Source: Octopus vulgaris (Eukaryota). From it: 64,000 bases of DNA. The notes below the pieces were generated by a model. It ran no database searches, had not been told where the DNA came from, and was given only the letters and a program-made list of their open reading frames with translations. A program made the translations under genes and the position numbers. Within the stretch, counting starts at the first letter, position 1. Each line of letters starts with the position of its first letter. The DNA is taken from the NCBI GenBank assembly GCA_951406725.2, contig OX597819.1, positions 110,732,001-110,796,000 on the forward strand, given 5' to 3'. Positions 39,852 to 53,535 of this stretch are shown here, piece by piece.

Positions 39852-40075
39852 ATACAGGCGCAAACATATACAAACACACATACATAAATGTACCCATACA
39901 AATATACTAGCACAAATCAAATCACAGATGTTAAAATGTATACCTATCCATATACTGACCTGACACATATTAAAATGTTTATCACGCTCAACGACATTAC
40001 TGTATGCAAAGATCATCCACACCTCTATATGTATTTTTACAAACGTTCCATTCGTTTGTGTGTATTCGTCTATAC

Positions 40076-40320
40076 ATTCTTTTATTCTTTTATTCGCTTA
40101 CCTGTTTCAGTCAATTAACTGTGGCCATGCTGGTGCCCCGGCTTTTAGGCGAAGAAATCGACCCTGGACTTATTCTTTGTAATCCTGGTGCTTCTTCTAT
40201 CGGTCTCTTCTGCCGAGCCGCTACGTTACCGGGACGTAAACACACTAACATCAGTTGTTAAGCGATGGTGGTGGTGGTGGTGGGGGACAAACACAGACAT
40301 AAACACACACTCACATAAAT
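40076..40320 (-). mobile_element. SINE family A 3' half
   Basis: Reverse-complement match. Confidence 0.85.
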
Positions 40321-40335
40321 ATATACATATTTATT

Positions 40336-40702
40336 TTTTTTATTCTTTTATTTGTTTCAGTCATTTGACTGTGGCCATGTTGGAGCACCACCTTTAGTCG
40401 AACAAATCGATCCCAGAACGTATTCTTTCTAAGCCTAGTACTTATTCTATCGGTCTTTTACCGAACCGCTAATTTACGGGGACGTGAGCACACCAACATC
40501 GGTTGTAAAGCGATGGTGAGGGACAAATACAGACACACAGACAAATGTGTGTGCATATATATATACAACGAGCTTCTTTTAGTTTCGTTTTACCAAATCC
40601 ACTCACAAGGCTTTGGTCGGCTCGAGGCTATAGTAGAAGACACTTGCCCAAGGTGCCATGCAGAGGGACTGAACCCGGAATTATGTGGCTGGAACCATGT
40701 GG
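40336..40702 (-). mobile_element. SINE family A
   Basis: Reverse-complement match, in tandem with the previous half copy. Confidence 0.88.
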
Positions 40703-40986
40703 TTAGGAAGCCACGCCAGTGTCCATATATATGCGTGTGTATGTGAGTGTGTGTGCTTGTGTGTGCATGCTTGTATGTGTTTGTGTTTGTGCGTGTACCT
40801 CTATGCATGTATGTGTTTGTGTCCACTACGTATGGTAGCGTACAAATAGGCGCACTCAAATAAACTCCTACTTATTACATAGCCATACATACCCTCAAAT
40901 GAGCATCAATATATATTTATGTATAGAAATCTAATTTTAATTCAATTGTAAAGCCCAACCCCTTCAAATAAAACACTCAAAACCAG

Positions 40987-41054
40987 CCAGCCACCCTGCC
41001 AGCCACCCTGCCAGCCACCCTGCCAGCCACCCTGCCAGCCACCCTGCCAGCCAG
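40987..41054. repeat. 12-bp tandem repeat (CCAGCCACCCTG)x5
   Basis: Direct inspection. Confidence 0.9.
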
Positions 41055-41287
41055 CAGACGTATTTATCGTCCATCTGTCAATTTATATCAAACATACAAT
41101 ACCAAACAATATTATTCTTCCTTTTATCACAATCTGTTCATTTATAGATTTGGTATCTCATTATCTCTTTCTCTCTCTCTCTCTCTCATTATCTCTCTCT
41201 CTCTCTCTCTCTGTATATATACACTCATGTATACGCACACATATACACTTACACACACACACACACACACACATATATATGTATGTC

Positions 41288-41385
41288 TGCGCAGGAGTGT
41301 GGTAAGAAGCTTGCTTCTCAACGACATGGTTCCTGGTTCAGCCCTACAGCGTGGCACCTTGGGCAAACGTCTTCCACTATAGCTT
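41288..41385 (+). mobile_element. SINE family A head fragment
   Basis: GCGCAGGAGTG...ACCTTGGGCAAA. Confidence 0.8.
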
Positions 41386-41516
41386 CCTTTGAAAAAATAG
41401 TTTATACTCCATGTACTCGTACTTCGTATATTTTTGTTGTACACGTTACATGATATATTGTGCCAACATTTGCATATGTATATACGTATAGATGTATGTA
41501 CATATACGTATGTATA

Positions 41517-41585
<69 letters not shown>

Positions 41586-41617
41586 GTATGTATATATATT
41601 ATATATGTATATGTATG

Positions 41618-41664
<47 letters not shown>

Positions 41665-41665
41665 A

Positions 41666-41963
41666 GGCGCAATGGCCCAGTAGTTAGGGCAGCGGACTCG
41701 CGGTCGTAGGATCGCGGTTTCGATTCCCAGACCGGGCGTTGTGAGTGTTTATTGAGTGAAAACAGCCAAAGCTCCACGAGGCTCCGGCAGGGGGTGGTGG
41801 CCGTCCCTGCTGTACTCTTTCGTCACAACTTTCTCTCACTCTTTCTTCTGTTGGCCTACTCGCTTAGCCAGCGGGTTGGCGTCATTTGAAAGCTAAAACA
41901 AGGCGAAGCGCATTGTGACCAGCGATATGTAACAACATCTGATAGCCTGGTCGGTCACGTGAT

Positions 41964-41970
<7 letters not shown>
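41666..41970 (+). mobile_element. SINE family C
   Basis: GGCGCAATGGCCCAGTAGTTAGGGCAGCGGACTCGCGG... head; tail GGTCACGTGATCACGTGA. Confidence 0.87.
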
Positions 41971-42006
<36 letters not shown>

Positions 42007-42009
<3 letters not shown>

Positions 42010-42140
42010 GAAATTTACAGAAAAACACAAGCAGGTGTATTAGTTTGATGCTCGGGAAAGTGAGAAAGTCTTACGTTTCGAGGCTACGCTCTTCAATAGA
42101 AAAGAATAAAAGAAAATAAACAGATAGAGAATAAAAAAAA
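42007..42140 (-). mobile_element. short repeat with hammerhead-like core
   Basis: Minus strand TTGAAGAGCGTAGCCTCGAAACGTA; homologous to 26125-26240. Confidence 0.5.
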
Positions 42141-42153
42141 CTTGTGGATTTAC

Positions 42154-42223
<70 letters not shown>

Positions 42224-43126
42224 GTCTGTCTATCTATCTAGTTAGCTATCTATCCATCTATCTATCTGCATATATATATGTGCATATTTACTTACGCTCC
42301 CGCACTCACACAGAAATGAGCAAATTAACAGAACCTAAGGATGATGTTTTTAGAAAGCAAGAATCATAATTGTGACGATGATGATGATAATAATGAACAC
42401 CAGGAAACTGAAAAGGAAAAAGAAATAAAGACAAATTAGAAAATCATAGAAAAACACAACAAAAACACATCCAACAAAAACACATCAAACTACACAATCC
42501 ATCACTTTTTAATATTCCTCACATTCTCCCGCCCTCTTAATAGAGAAAATCCTGAAATTTGTTACTCCTTCTCCGAACCATTTTTATGTCACCCCTGCCT
42601 TATAATTCTGAACTAAATTACGCTTTTAAAATTCTTTCAAACACATTTATGGTAAAAAGATGAAATTTTTTGCAATGTTTGATTGTCATTTTCATCCGTT
42701 ATAATATTTTTGAAAAAAAATGTGATAATTAATTAATAAATAAAATATTTCGGGATCGCTTTTCAATTTAAGCAATTAGTAATTTTTTAGTTTTTGAATA
42801 TTTTTTCGTAAAAAAATATTTTAATAGTATTTTGTTCTTTTTGCCTGGTTTTGTCTAATTTAAAATTGATTTTTCGTTTTTCTTTGCATCTTAGCGTGTG
42901 ATGAAAAAAAAATGAAAATTAATTGTATGTAAAAAATGGTTAATAAAATAACGAAAGGAAAATAAAAAAATAATATATTAAACAAAGAAATAAACCAAAG
43001 AAAGATGATGTAACAAAAAATGACTACTTTGTGACATCTGTGGTTTTATCTGTTCACTCTGTATTGTAGTGCATGTGTGGTTTGTTATGCATGCGTGTGT
43101 TACGCATATGTGTGTATGTGTATATA

Positions 43127-44010
43127 TTGGGTCATCCTATAAATAATGCGGCTCTTTCAATTACATGAACTAAAAGTCGGAGAGGAACGGAATAAAATAC
43201 CTGCATCAACTTGTTATAAAAGCAGGTAGTAATTTTACCTTGTCCTTATTCTTAGTGCAAATTTTGAAGAGTGCAGTTCCATTTTAACAGTTAATTTTTC
43301 AATGCTATAATTGAAGTGACAACATAGCATATTCAGCATATTTTACTTTATGAGTTCAATAAAGCCAACAACGCAAGTGCGAAAAATATTAATACAGTAC
43401 ATGAGGATTGGATAATAAGCATAAGCCAGTGTGAACAGTGGTTCCAGAAATTCTGAGCCGAAAACTACAGCCTAGAAGACGAGCCTCGTCCAGGAAGACC
43501 TGTAGAGCTTGACGAGGACGTCCTGCAAACCCTGATGGAACAAACTCCCATCATAACTGTTGAATAAGTAGCAGAGAAGCTTTGATTTGGTCATTCAAGA
43601 AAAACGGCCATCTTTGATTCTAAGACGAAAGGTGTTCTTCCATCAGGATAAAGCTCGGCCACATACAGCGAGGATGATATTCCAAAGTCTGGAACAGTTT
43701 GAATGGGAAACGATGCTCCACCCACTATATTCACCAGGCATTGCCCAATCTGATTATCATTTATTCCGCAGTCTTCAAAATCATTTGGACGGGGAAAAAA
43801 TATGAATTCTGTAGACGAGGTCAGAACACAACTGCGCAAATATTTTTCGTCATGGACAAGTGAATTTTGGAAGAGGGGCCTTGGAAGTCTACCAGGTAGA
43901 TGGAAGAGCCTTGTAGAAAATGAGGGAGAGTATATTTTAGATTTTGTTTATCTTAATTTTGGAAAATAAAGAAATATAAAGCAAACCGCATTATTTTGGG
44001 GATGACCCTG
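43127..44010 (+). mobile_element. internally deleted mariner transposon
   Basis: TIRs TTGGGTCATCCTATAAATAATGCGG / CCGCATTATTTTGGGGATGACCCTG with TA TSD; transposase relics LEDEPRPGRP, FHQDKARPH, HPLYSP.IA.SDYHLFRSL. Confidence 0.93.
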
Positions 44011-44549
44011 TACATATTTGCGTGTTTATGAGTATGTGTGTGTGTGTGTGTGTGTGTATGTGTGCATTGAAAAGCGACTATTTCGAATGGGATGGCATAA
44101 CGTTAAACGTTGCTTAATCCTACATATAAAATGATATATTATCAACTTCCAATCACGGACCGCAGCCGCATGGCTGAAACGAGTAAAAGACTAAAAGAAT
44201 AATATATATATTTTTAACAATGATTATCATTATTAATGCAATGTAATTTATAATAGTATTTGCTATTTCAGTAGAGATGATATAGTATTTTAAATATATT
44301 ATTTTGCTATTTACCCATAAATAAATAGCATATTGTTATTATGATAACATGTATTTTTAATAATATGAAAGAATGAAAGGTATATTTCTTATTTCATCAT
44401 GAGTTTTTAAAGTATTTTTAAAAATATATATTTTAAAATATTGCTCCTGGTATTTAAAAAAAACTAATGCGTTAAGATATACTTACATTAAAATACTTAC
44501 TGGCATATAAATAAATATATAAAATATATTAAAGCCTAGCTACGTTCAT

Positions 44550-44760
44550 GGGCCCGGTTTCTATGGCGTATGTGTTTCCCAGCTGGACGGGACGCCAGTC
44601 CATCGCAGCGTTACTCATTTTTGCCAGCTGAGTGGACTGGAGCAACGTGAAATGAAGTGTTTTGCTCAAGAACACAACGCGTCGCTCAGTCCAGGATTCG
44701 AAACCACAATCTTACGATCACGATGCTGACACCCTCACCATTAAGCCACGTGCCTCCACA
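44550..44760 (-). mobile_element. CORE-type SINE (family D head) with V-domain-like 3' part
   Basis: Head and CORE as in 32778-33117, then GCTGCGATGGACTGGCGTCCCGTCCAG. Confidence 0.8.
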
Positions 44761-44778
44761 CTTAATAGCATACAAATA

Positions 44779-45291
44779 TCTATATATATAAAACTGTAGT
44801 TGTGTGAGTGTCTGTCCCCTTCGATTTAGATTCCTAACTACTCCCACATTTTGCGGTGCAGTTTAACCAAATTCGGGTATCTTATAGTCGTGATTCATAT
44901 CGAGCCCGTCTGAGTATTAGCGCGCGTCTACGATGAGTCTACGATTTTAAAAATAATTTAACATCATTTTTTATTCCATTTTAATGCATAATTTTTCGTG
45001 TGTCGATGGCGGCGGAGTTGGCGTCCATGGTCACACCTGCACCTGTTTGCTTCTCCCCCTTCTTCCCTCCCTTGTGAAGCTGTGGAGAAGGGAGTGTAAG
45101 GAAATCAACGTCGTAAAGCGTTGTCAAGGAGACCAGCGTTCTTTTAGAACAACGACTTCATGGCTTGAAGACACCAAAACAGAAATGGCTAAGAAAGCCC
45201 GAATTGGCATCTATAAGGGAAGTAACTCTCTAAAAATGCTTATATAGTTATTTCCCTTACAAACCCGAGCAACGCCGGGCGATACTGCTAG
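44779..45291 (+). mobile_element. non-autonomous Helitron, family H1
   Basis: A|TCTATATATATAAAAC ... CCCGAGCAACGCCGGG hairpin, CTAG|T: canonical termini and AT target. Confidence 0.9.
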
Positions 45292-45438
45292 TATTTCATG
45301 AACGTTATATTAGTATATTCTTCATATTTTATTTTTTATTTCTTATCTTTGCTTTTGTTTTTAATTATTGACGCTACGCTTGCAGACATAAACATATTTA
45401 AAGTCTTTTCTTGGATCTGTGAATCCTCATATATGAAA

Positions 45439-45525
45439 AAATTACTCTGAAGAAATTCTTACCCACAAACAATGGCTTTTTATAATTTTATTATGAGTAA
45501 GAATCGAAACTATTGTATCTGATTT
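45439..45525 (+). ncRNA. hammerhead-like motif with long helix II
   Basis: CTGAAGA-(A)ATTCTTAC...GTAAGAAT(C)-GAAA-CTATTG-TA; helix I is imperfect. Confidence 0.55.
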
Positions 45526-45794
45526 GTATTTAATATTTATTATTTATTATATTATATTACTATAAGAATATAATACAACTTAATATAATATAATATAATA
45601 TAATATAATATTATGTTAATAAATTTTAATTTTTGAACTGATAATTGTATATCTCCATTTTCTTTTCATTTTTATAAATTTAATATATATACCCATGTAA
45701 TTTGTAAAGTTTTTCTCTATAAAATTGGGTATTTAACGGTGGAGCCATTGAAAGATTGGATATTTTCATTCCTGTTTTCTTTGTATATTTTGTG

Positions 45795-45832
<38 letters not shown>

Positions 45833-45931
45833 GAAAGAGAGAGGGAGAGGGGGGAGGAAGATAGATAAATAGAAAGAAAGATAGATACACAAATTCAAAT
45901 ATATATATATATATATATATATATAGATACA

Positions 45932-45988
<57 letters not shown>

Positions 45989-46049
45989 ATACATATACAC
46001 ACATACATATATGTATATATACATGCGAGCGTGCGTGTGTGTGTGTGGA

Positions 46050-46262
46050 TTGGAAGAATGGTTAGACCGTCAGATAAAATTCTTTACAGCATTTAGTCCG
46101 GTTGTCTCAAATCGTTGTTCAAATCCCGCTGAAGTCTTCTTTGACTTTCGTTGCCTTTCATCCTTCCGGGGTTGATAAAGTATAGTATATATAATGATGT
46201 TAATTCCATCGACTTACCCTCACAGCTCAAAATTAATGGTCTTGTGCCTACGTCAAAAACAA
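46050..46262 (+). mobile_element. diverged SINE family B
   Basis: GTTCAAATCCCGCTGAAGTC...TTGCCTTTCATCCTTCCGGGGTTGATAAA. Confidence 0.7.
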
Positions 46263-46429
46263 TAACACTGGTTTTGAAAATTGTTTTTGCTCTAAAGCAA
46301 GGGTATGAATAGGTGTTTTCTGCTAATTTTTATGAACAGTTTTGTTCTATCACCTCTAGTTTATTTGCTTTCACATATCCCATCTTAATTATACTGCATA
46401 TAAATTCAGAGTATAAACGAAATATAAAT

Positions 46430-46590
46430 ATACGACGGGCTGCTTTCAGTTTCTGTCTGCCAAATCCACTCAGAAGGCTTTGGTCGGCCCGAGGCTATAG
46501 AAGGACATACCTCTCCGAAGTGTCACGCAGGGAGACTGAACCCGGAACCATGTAATTGAGAAGTAAGCTTCTTACTACACAGCTGCGCCT
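46430..46590 (-). mobile_element. SINE family A 5' half
   Basis: Reverse-complement match to the head. Confidence 0.82.
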
Positions 46591-46594
46591 TTCC

Positions 46595-46880
46595 ACACAA
46601 CCAGGTCTGTACGTATTTTCTTTAGAATATCTTCATCGATTATGTACATTATCAGAATCCTTATTCATCGTTAGTGGAACACATCTATCTTTTCTGCCGA
46701 TTTTCTCGGTGCTCTTCCATGTCCCACTAGCATAGTGCACTGTTGGTTGAACTATGCTATTATAAAACTGGATCTTTGCGTGTAGGCTGACATTGTTAGA
46801 AGACCAGGTAGCGGACATTCTTTTCAAAACGGCCAACGATACGCCATAATTGACGTTAGTCTCAATATCGCCATTGTTGT
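46595..46880 (-). mobile_element. RTE-type LINE RT thumb fragment
   Basis: WSSNNVSLHAKIQFYNSIVQPTVHYASGTWKST resembles RTE K..LY.S...P...Y.SETW. Confidence 0.7.
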
Positions 46881-47116
46881 AAGCTAAATTCAGCTTCCAG
46901 CGAAATAGCCTAATTTGTTTTTTATTCTCCTAGGGATCAATAAATAAGGGAGCAATTAAATACTCAGTCGATACAATAGGAAATCAAGCGCTGAGTCGAT
47001 AAGATAAGGGAGCAGCGATGTACTGAGCGTCATATAATCAATGCTTACATTCAACAAATAGACATGATTTGGCGTCAAGTTTAGACAGCAATATTAGAAA
47101 AGAATTAAGGCATCGA

Positions 47117-47492
47117 TCTAGCAGAAACGCTAGCACGCCGAGCGAAATGCTTAGCGGTATTTCGTCTGCCGCTACATTCCGAGTTCAAATTCCGCCGAGG
47201 TCGACTTTGCCTTTCATCCTTTCGGGGTCGATTAAATAAGTACCAGTTACGCACTGGGATCGATATAATCGACTTAATCCGTTTGTCTGTCCTTGTTTGT
47301 CCTCTCTGTGTTTAGCCCCTTGTGGGTATTTCGTCTGCTGCTACGTTCTGTGTTCAAATTCCACCGAGGTCAACTTTGCCTTTCATCCTTTCGGGGTCGA
47401 TAAATTAAGTTTCAGTTGAGTACTGGGGCCGATCTAATTGACTGCCATCCCTCCCTAAAAAATTCAGGCCTTGTGCCTAGAATAGAAAAGAA
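47117..47492 (+). mobile_element. SINE family B composite (B2 joined to B1 body)
   Basis: B2 tail ...TTAGCCCCTTGTGG followed directly by GTATTTCGTCTG and a B1 body and tail. Confidence 0.88.
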
Positions 47493-47514
47493 TATTAGAA
47501 AAAAGAATTATTGT

Positions 47515-47583
<69 letters not shown>

Positions 47584-47584
<1 letters not shown>

Positions 47585-47795
47585 GTTTCAAATTTTGGCA
47601 CAAGACCAGCAATTTAGGAGGAATGGGTAAGTCAATTATATGGACCCCAGCGTTTAACTGGTACTTATTTTATAGACTCCGAAAGGATGAAAGGTAAAGT
47701 CGACTTCGAGAGAATTTGAACTTAGAACGTAAAGACGGACGAAATACCACTATGTATTCTACCGGCTATACTAACAATTCTGTCAGCTCGTCGCT
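47584..47795 (-). mobile_element. SINE family B1
   Basis: Reverse-complement match, tail-to-tail with 47117-47492 across (AAT)n. Confidence 0.8.
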
Positions 47796-47798
47796 TCA

Positions 47799-47871
<73 letters not shown>

Positions 47872-48632
47872 TTAATAATAAAAATAGTAGTAGTTCTTGT
47901 TCTGTTGTTGTTGTTGTTGCTGCTGGTGTTGTTGTTGTTGTTCTTCTTCTTTCTTCTTGAATAAAAACAAAATCTTCAAAATCTGGTATTTATTTATATG
48001 ATTATGCATTTACTGAGCCGTTATCAACTCACATACATACAGAAACGCGCATTCACACACGCACACGTGCACGCACTCGCATACGCACACACACACACAT
48101 CATATATGTGCGTGTTATATGTGTTTGTGTGTGTGTATATTTATATATGTGTATATACAAACACACATCGGGATTTATTGAATACTGTACAAGATGACTT
48201 CTTGAGTTATTGGCATAATCCCTACTTTCAGAGAAACAAGAACAACCACTGCCGAATAATAAGGATTAATTCCAAGTGGGGAAAAAATCAGATTGTCTCA
48301 AGACTGAAGATCTTCCTAAAATTGATGAGCCATTAATAAAAAGAGAGCCTAGTTGCCTGGAGAGAAGGGACAGCTGTGAACACAGTTTCTAACGTAACAA
48401 TCGTCATCAGCACAATAGTTGTTCTACTCTTTCTTTGTTATAGCCACAAGGGCTCAAATAGTAGCCGCTCTACTATATCTCCCGGAGAACGAAGTAGATA
48501 TATGTAAAAACTACAGTAGAGAACATTTATGGTCAACGTAATTTGCAATAAAAGAAATGAAACTGAACCGAGAGAAATAGCTCAGAGTAGCTATGAGCAT
48601 GTATTAAAGTGAAAAATAAAAAAGACATATAA

Positions 48633-48793
48633 GGCAGGAGTGGCTGTGTGGTAAGTAGCTTGCTAACCAACCACATGGTTCCAGGTTCAGTCCCACTGCG
48701 TGGCATCTTGGGCAAGTGTCTTTTACTATAGCCCCGGGCCGACCAATGCCTTGTGAGTGGATTTGGTAGATGGAAACTGAAAGAAGCCTGTCG

Positions 48794-48830
<37 letters not shown>

Positions 48831-49050
48831 TTGTGTGTCTGTGTTTGTCCCCCTAGCATTGCTTGAAAACCGATGCTGGTGTGTTTACGTCCCCGTCACT
48901 TAGCGGTTCGGCAAAACAGACCGATAGAATAAGTACTGGGCTTACAAAAGAATAAGTCCAGGGGTCGATTTGCTCGACTAAAAGCGGTGCTCCAGCATGG
49001 CCACAATCAAATGACTGAAACAAGTAAAAGAGTAAAGAGTAAAAGAGTAA
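48633..49050 (+). mobile_element. SINE family A, full length
   Basis: Near-consensus copy. Confidence 0.93.
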
Positions 49051-49468
49051 GGCATATTAAATATTTTACATGATAAATTCATAATTGTCTTTGTTCTCTT
49101 AGATGATGACGTTGGTCTTTGAGCTAATTGTACTTAGGCAGTCATTGCATTTTAAGTCTAATGCCGCTTTGCATACATGCTAATGTACAAGAGACATCTA
49201 CAAACAGATCGACAAAAGATACCTACGAACGCATCTACAGCCAACATCGACTCAAGCGTGTAAACATACTCATATGCGCACACACTAACACATACACGCG
49301 CGTACACACATATAGGCTCACACGGAATCACTTACACGCTCATATAGATATACAGGTCTATTGACAGAGACTTCGAAATTTTGCCGAGGTGGAAGTTTAT
49401 TCAGTTCTCAATACACCATATCCAAGGTAAAGTGTAGGATAAGCTACAAATAAAATAATTCATCCACC

Positions 49469-49513
<45 letters not shown>

Positions 49514-49589
49514 CTGTGTGTGTATGTATGCATGTATGTATGTGTATATTAGATTCTATAGACACATTGGAGGCTTTATTCAATGTTTA

Positions 49590-50052
49590 TACTCTTTTAC
49601 TTGTTTCAGTCATTTCACTGCGGCCATGCTGGAGCACCGCCTTTAGTCGAGAAAATCAGGACTTATTTTTTGTAAGCATAGTACTTATTCAATCGGTCTC
49701 TTATGCCGAACTGCTAAGTTACTGGGACGTAAACACACCAGCATCAGTTGTCAGGCGATGTTGGGGGGGGGGAACACAGATACACAAACATACACACACA
49801 CACACAAACATACACACACACACAAACAAACACACACACACATGTATATACACATATATACGACGGGCTTCTTTCAGTTTCCGTCTACCAAAATCCACTC
49901 GCAAGGCTTTGGTCCGACCGAGACTATAGTGCAAGATACTTGCCCAAGATACCACGCAGTGGGACTGAACCCGGAACCATGTGGTTGGTAAGCAAGCTAC
50001 TTACCACACAGACACTCCTGCGCCTACTTACCACACAGTCACTCCTGCGCCT
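49590..50052 (-). mobile_element. SINE family A with 27-bp duplication of its 5' end
   Basis: CTACTTACCACACAG(A/T)CACTCCTGCGC occurs twice at 49997-50050. Confidence 0.9.
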
Positions 50053-50481
50053 ATATCTAAAATCATTAATTTTTAACCATACATATAGACATATTTATAG
50101 ATATAAATGCATATATACATGCGTACATGCGCATATATGCTCACACAAATACACATATATAAAATGACATACACACATCTAGTCATACACCCACACAAAC
50201 ACATATGAAAGCATAGATAGATATACATATATATACACACTTATAAGCATAATGACGATGGCCTGAAATAGATATGAACTTTAATACATGAAAGAAATAA
50301 AATATTTAAACTGACATATACTAATATTATACTGACACACGCAAACATAAGACATACGTACGCACAAGAACAGCTATACGCAGATATGCACATATAACAC
50401 ACATACACACATCCGCATATTCATTTACATCCATCTATCTATCAATCCACACACACACATACACGGACACATGCGTATACA

Positions 50482-50514
<33 letters not shown>

Positions 50515-50797
50515 CATTAATACGAGTTCATTTGAAATCAGGAACCAAATACGGATAAACATGCGCATACAAAAAACGTAAGCGCCACACATGCACAAAC
50601 ACATCCACACACCCACACATATTCTACCAGACAAACAACAAACACAGTCAAGAATACATTGGAATATAGGCGTATATACATATATACATCTTTTCAGTTG
50701 TTTCATTAGAGAGATGATCCATTATACAGGGTGATCATATTGCAAGCGCTAATTAATCGAACAACCTCTATGTGTCTCATTACTAGACGCGCTCCAA

Positions 50798-50808
50798 CAA
50801 AATGGCGG
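50798..50808 (+). promoter_or_regulatory. YY1-type motif CAAAATGGCGG in a unique island
   Basis: Consensus match only. Confidence 0.25.
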
Positions 50809-51110
50809 ATTTTCGTTTTTCCAATAGAGTTATGTTGGCATAGATTTTTGTAAGCGTTTGAAAATAATCAACAGTGTTTTCATTTTTTTTGTTCTCATAT
50901 TTGATTTTTACTGCATTTTTCTTTTTCGTTGTTTTTTCTTAGTTTCCCTAAACATCTTTCTTTGTCTCTCAACACCTTGCCGTTGAGTTTGCTCTCGTAT
51001 CAATCTGCATACTAAACTAAATATCCATAGATCTCAGCTTGATTTTTGAGCTGCAAGAAGTCGTCAGAACATCCATTGATTTATTTATTATTAATAATAA
51101 TAATAATAAT

Positions 51111-51183
<73 letters not shown>

Positions 51184-51359
51184 TGTATGTAAGCATGTAT
51201 GTGTGTGTATCTATCTAACTATATATATATATATATATAGATATATATTACACACACACACACACACATTTATTTATATCAGCATATTTAGAATATTAAA
51301 AAGCATGTATGTTTGCATGTAGTTATGAGTGTGGTTGTTGCATATATAGAGGTATCAGG

Positions 51360-51405
<46 letters not shown>

Positions 51406-52080
51406 TATATATATAAATAAATGTATATATGTATATGTATATATGTATTTATGTATGTATCTATGTGTATTTATATATATATATATATATATATATACAC
51501 GCACACACACACAACATGCATATACACATATATACACACATATATATATACACACATATATATATACACACATATATATGTATATATATTTCATTGTGTT
51601 GTATATACGCATATATAAATATATATATATACATGGATGTATAGAAGTATCTATCTATGTGTGTGTGCGTGTGCGAGCGTGTCTTTGTCTACTTCAGTGT
51701 CAAATTTTGTATCAAATTCTGTATATTTGGATCTATGCACATGTACCGAAATTCCCGATTTCCTATGTATGTATGTATGCATACTTGTAATTATCTACCC
51801 AGCTTTCTCCTCCCTCTCATCGTACACGCACACGCACACACACACGCCTACACGCGAACGCACACACACACACACACACACACACAGACATACACATATA
51901 TGTATATATATAGTTGGTGGAAGCGCGTGTGTGAGTGTATATATATATATATACAAACATACACCCACACATTAGCACATATTGATGTCTTTCTGTATTT
52001 CAGTCAATATACTTACCTACCTATTTTTCAAGATTAAAATTCAAGAGGGTATGTGTCAAATTTCCAGTATATACATACAT

Positions 52081-52160
<80 letters not shown>

Positions 52161-52819
52161 TGTAATTATATACATATACGTACACGCGTGTATGTGGGGC
52201 TGGGCTGTACCTGAAGGTACCTATCAATGATATATTAAGTGTCAGCAGTTAATTAGTGCAAACTGGCAAGTATAATAGGTGCACACATACAAACTCTTGT
52301 GCATGTATACACACACAGACACACAGACACACAGACACACACACTCTCTCTCTCTTTCTCTCTCTCCCTCTCAATTATATACAGATACATATTTATGTAT
52401 ATATATGCGTGTTTGCACCTGTTCTCCTTGCAGATTTGCTCTAATTATCTGCTGATTATACCTATAAAGTTCATTCTACATATATATTATTCAACCTAGA
52501 ACTATCTTTACTGCCAACACAACACTCCGACCACCTCCACCACCACTCTCACCATTATCACCACCTCTATTCTTATAATGATGTTTCTATCAATATTATA
52601 TTCTTCACGTATCTTTTTACTGCACTTATCTTCTTTCGCAGCACAAAAAAAAAAAATAAAAAAAATATAGAAAATAAAAATATACGATATACAATGTTTT
52701 ACATTCACACTTCTTGTATATTTTTGTATATTTCTGCATTTCGTGGATCTCACACAAACCTACCCCCTAGACAAACACACAATGATATACACAGGAATAT
52801 ATATATAAATACGAATACA

Positions 52820-52866
<47 letters not shown>

Positions 52867-52987
52867 GTATACACACATACATATGGTTAGGTGTAAGCAT
52901 GCATGTGAAGACCGCTGGCATTAAACAAGAGTACGTATGACTTTCTAAATGACAGAACATAAATACATACACACTCACATATGTATA

Positions 52988-53043
<56 letters not shown>

Positions 53044-53165
53044 AATCTAACTATACACACACACACACACACACACACTCACATATATATATATATGTAT
53101 ACATATATATATATGTAGAGAGAGAGAGAAATAAATAAATAGATAAATAAATAAATATATTTACA

Positions 53166-53251
53166 CTAGGAGTAATACCCATTGTTGTTCGGGTAATTAC
53201 TTTTACTCTTTCTCGGGAGTCACATTCAAAGTGTTATTATATATATGTAGA
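53166..53251 (-). mobile_element. 86-bp mini-Helitron (H1-related)
   Basis: Minus strand A|TCTACATATATATAAT...ACCCGAACAACAATGGGTATTACTCCTAG|T. Confidence 0.75.
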
Positions 53252-53417
53252 TTTACTCCTCCTGTTGGTGTGTATGTTATAAGAAAAAAGCGCAATGATT
53301 GAAGTAGAAAAAAGATAATTTCATACATGAACTTCTGTTTGGTTATTATATGAAAATAATAAATGACTTGTATGTGTTAGCTTATATATCAATACAGTAA
53401 TGGCAATTATATAATAC

Positions 53418-53535
53418 ACAAGGCTTTGGTCGGCACGAAGCTGTAATGAAAGAGAATTTCCCAACGTGTCGCACAATGGGATTGAACGCAAGGTGACATG
53501 GTTGGAAAGCAAGCTTCTCAATCATACAGCCAAGC
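53418..53535 (-). mobile_element. diverged SINE A head
   Basis: CACAAGGCTTTGGTCGGC...GGGATTGAAC...CATGGTTGGAAAGCAAGCTTC. Confidence 0.7.

Noticed and set aside
41666-41740. tRNA-Arg-like sequence (also 300-376 and 33040-33117)
   Set aside because: These are SINE heads with imperfect cloverleaves that continue into repeat bodies.
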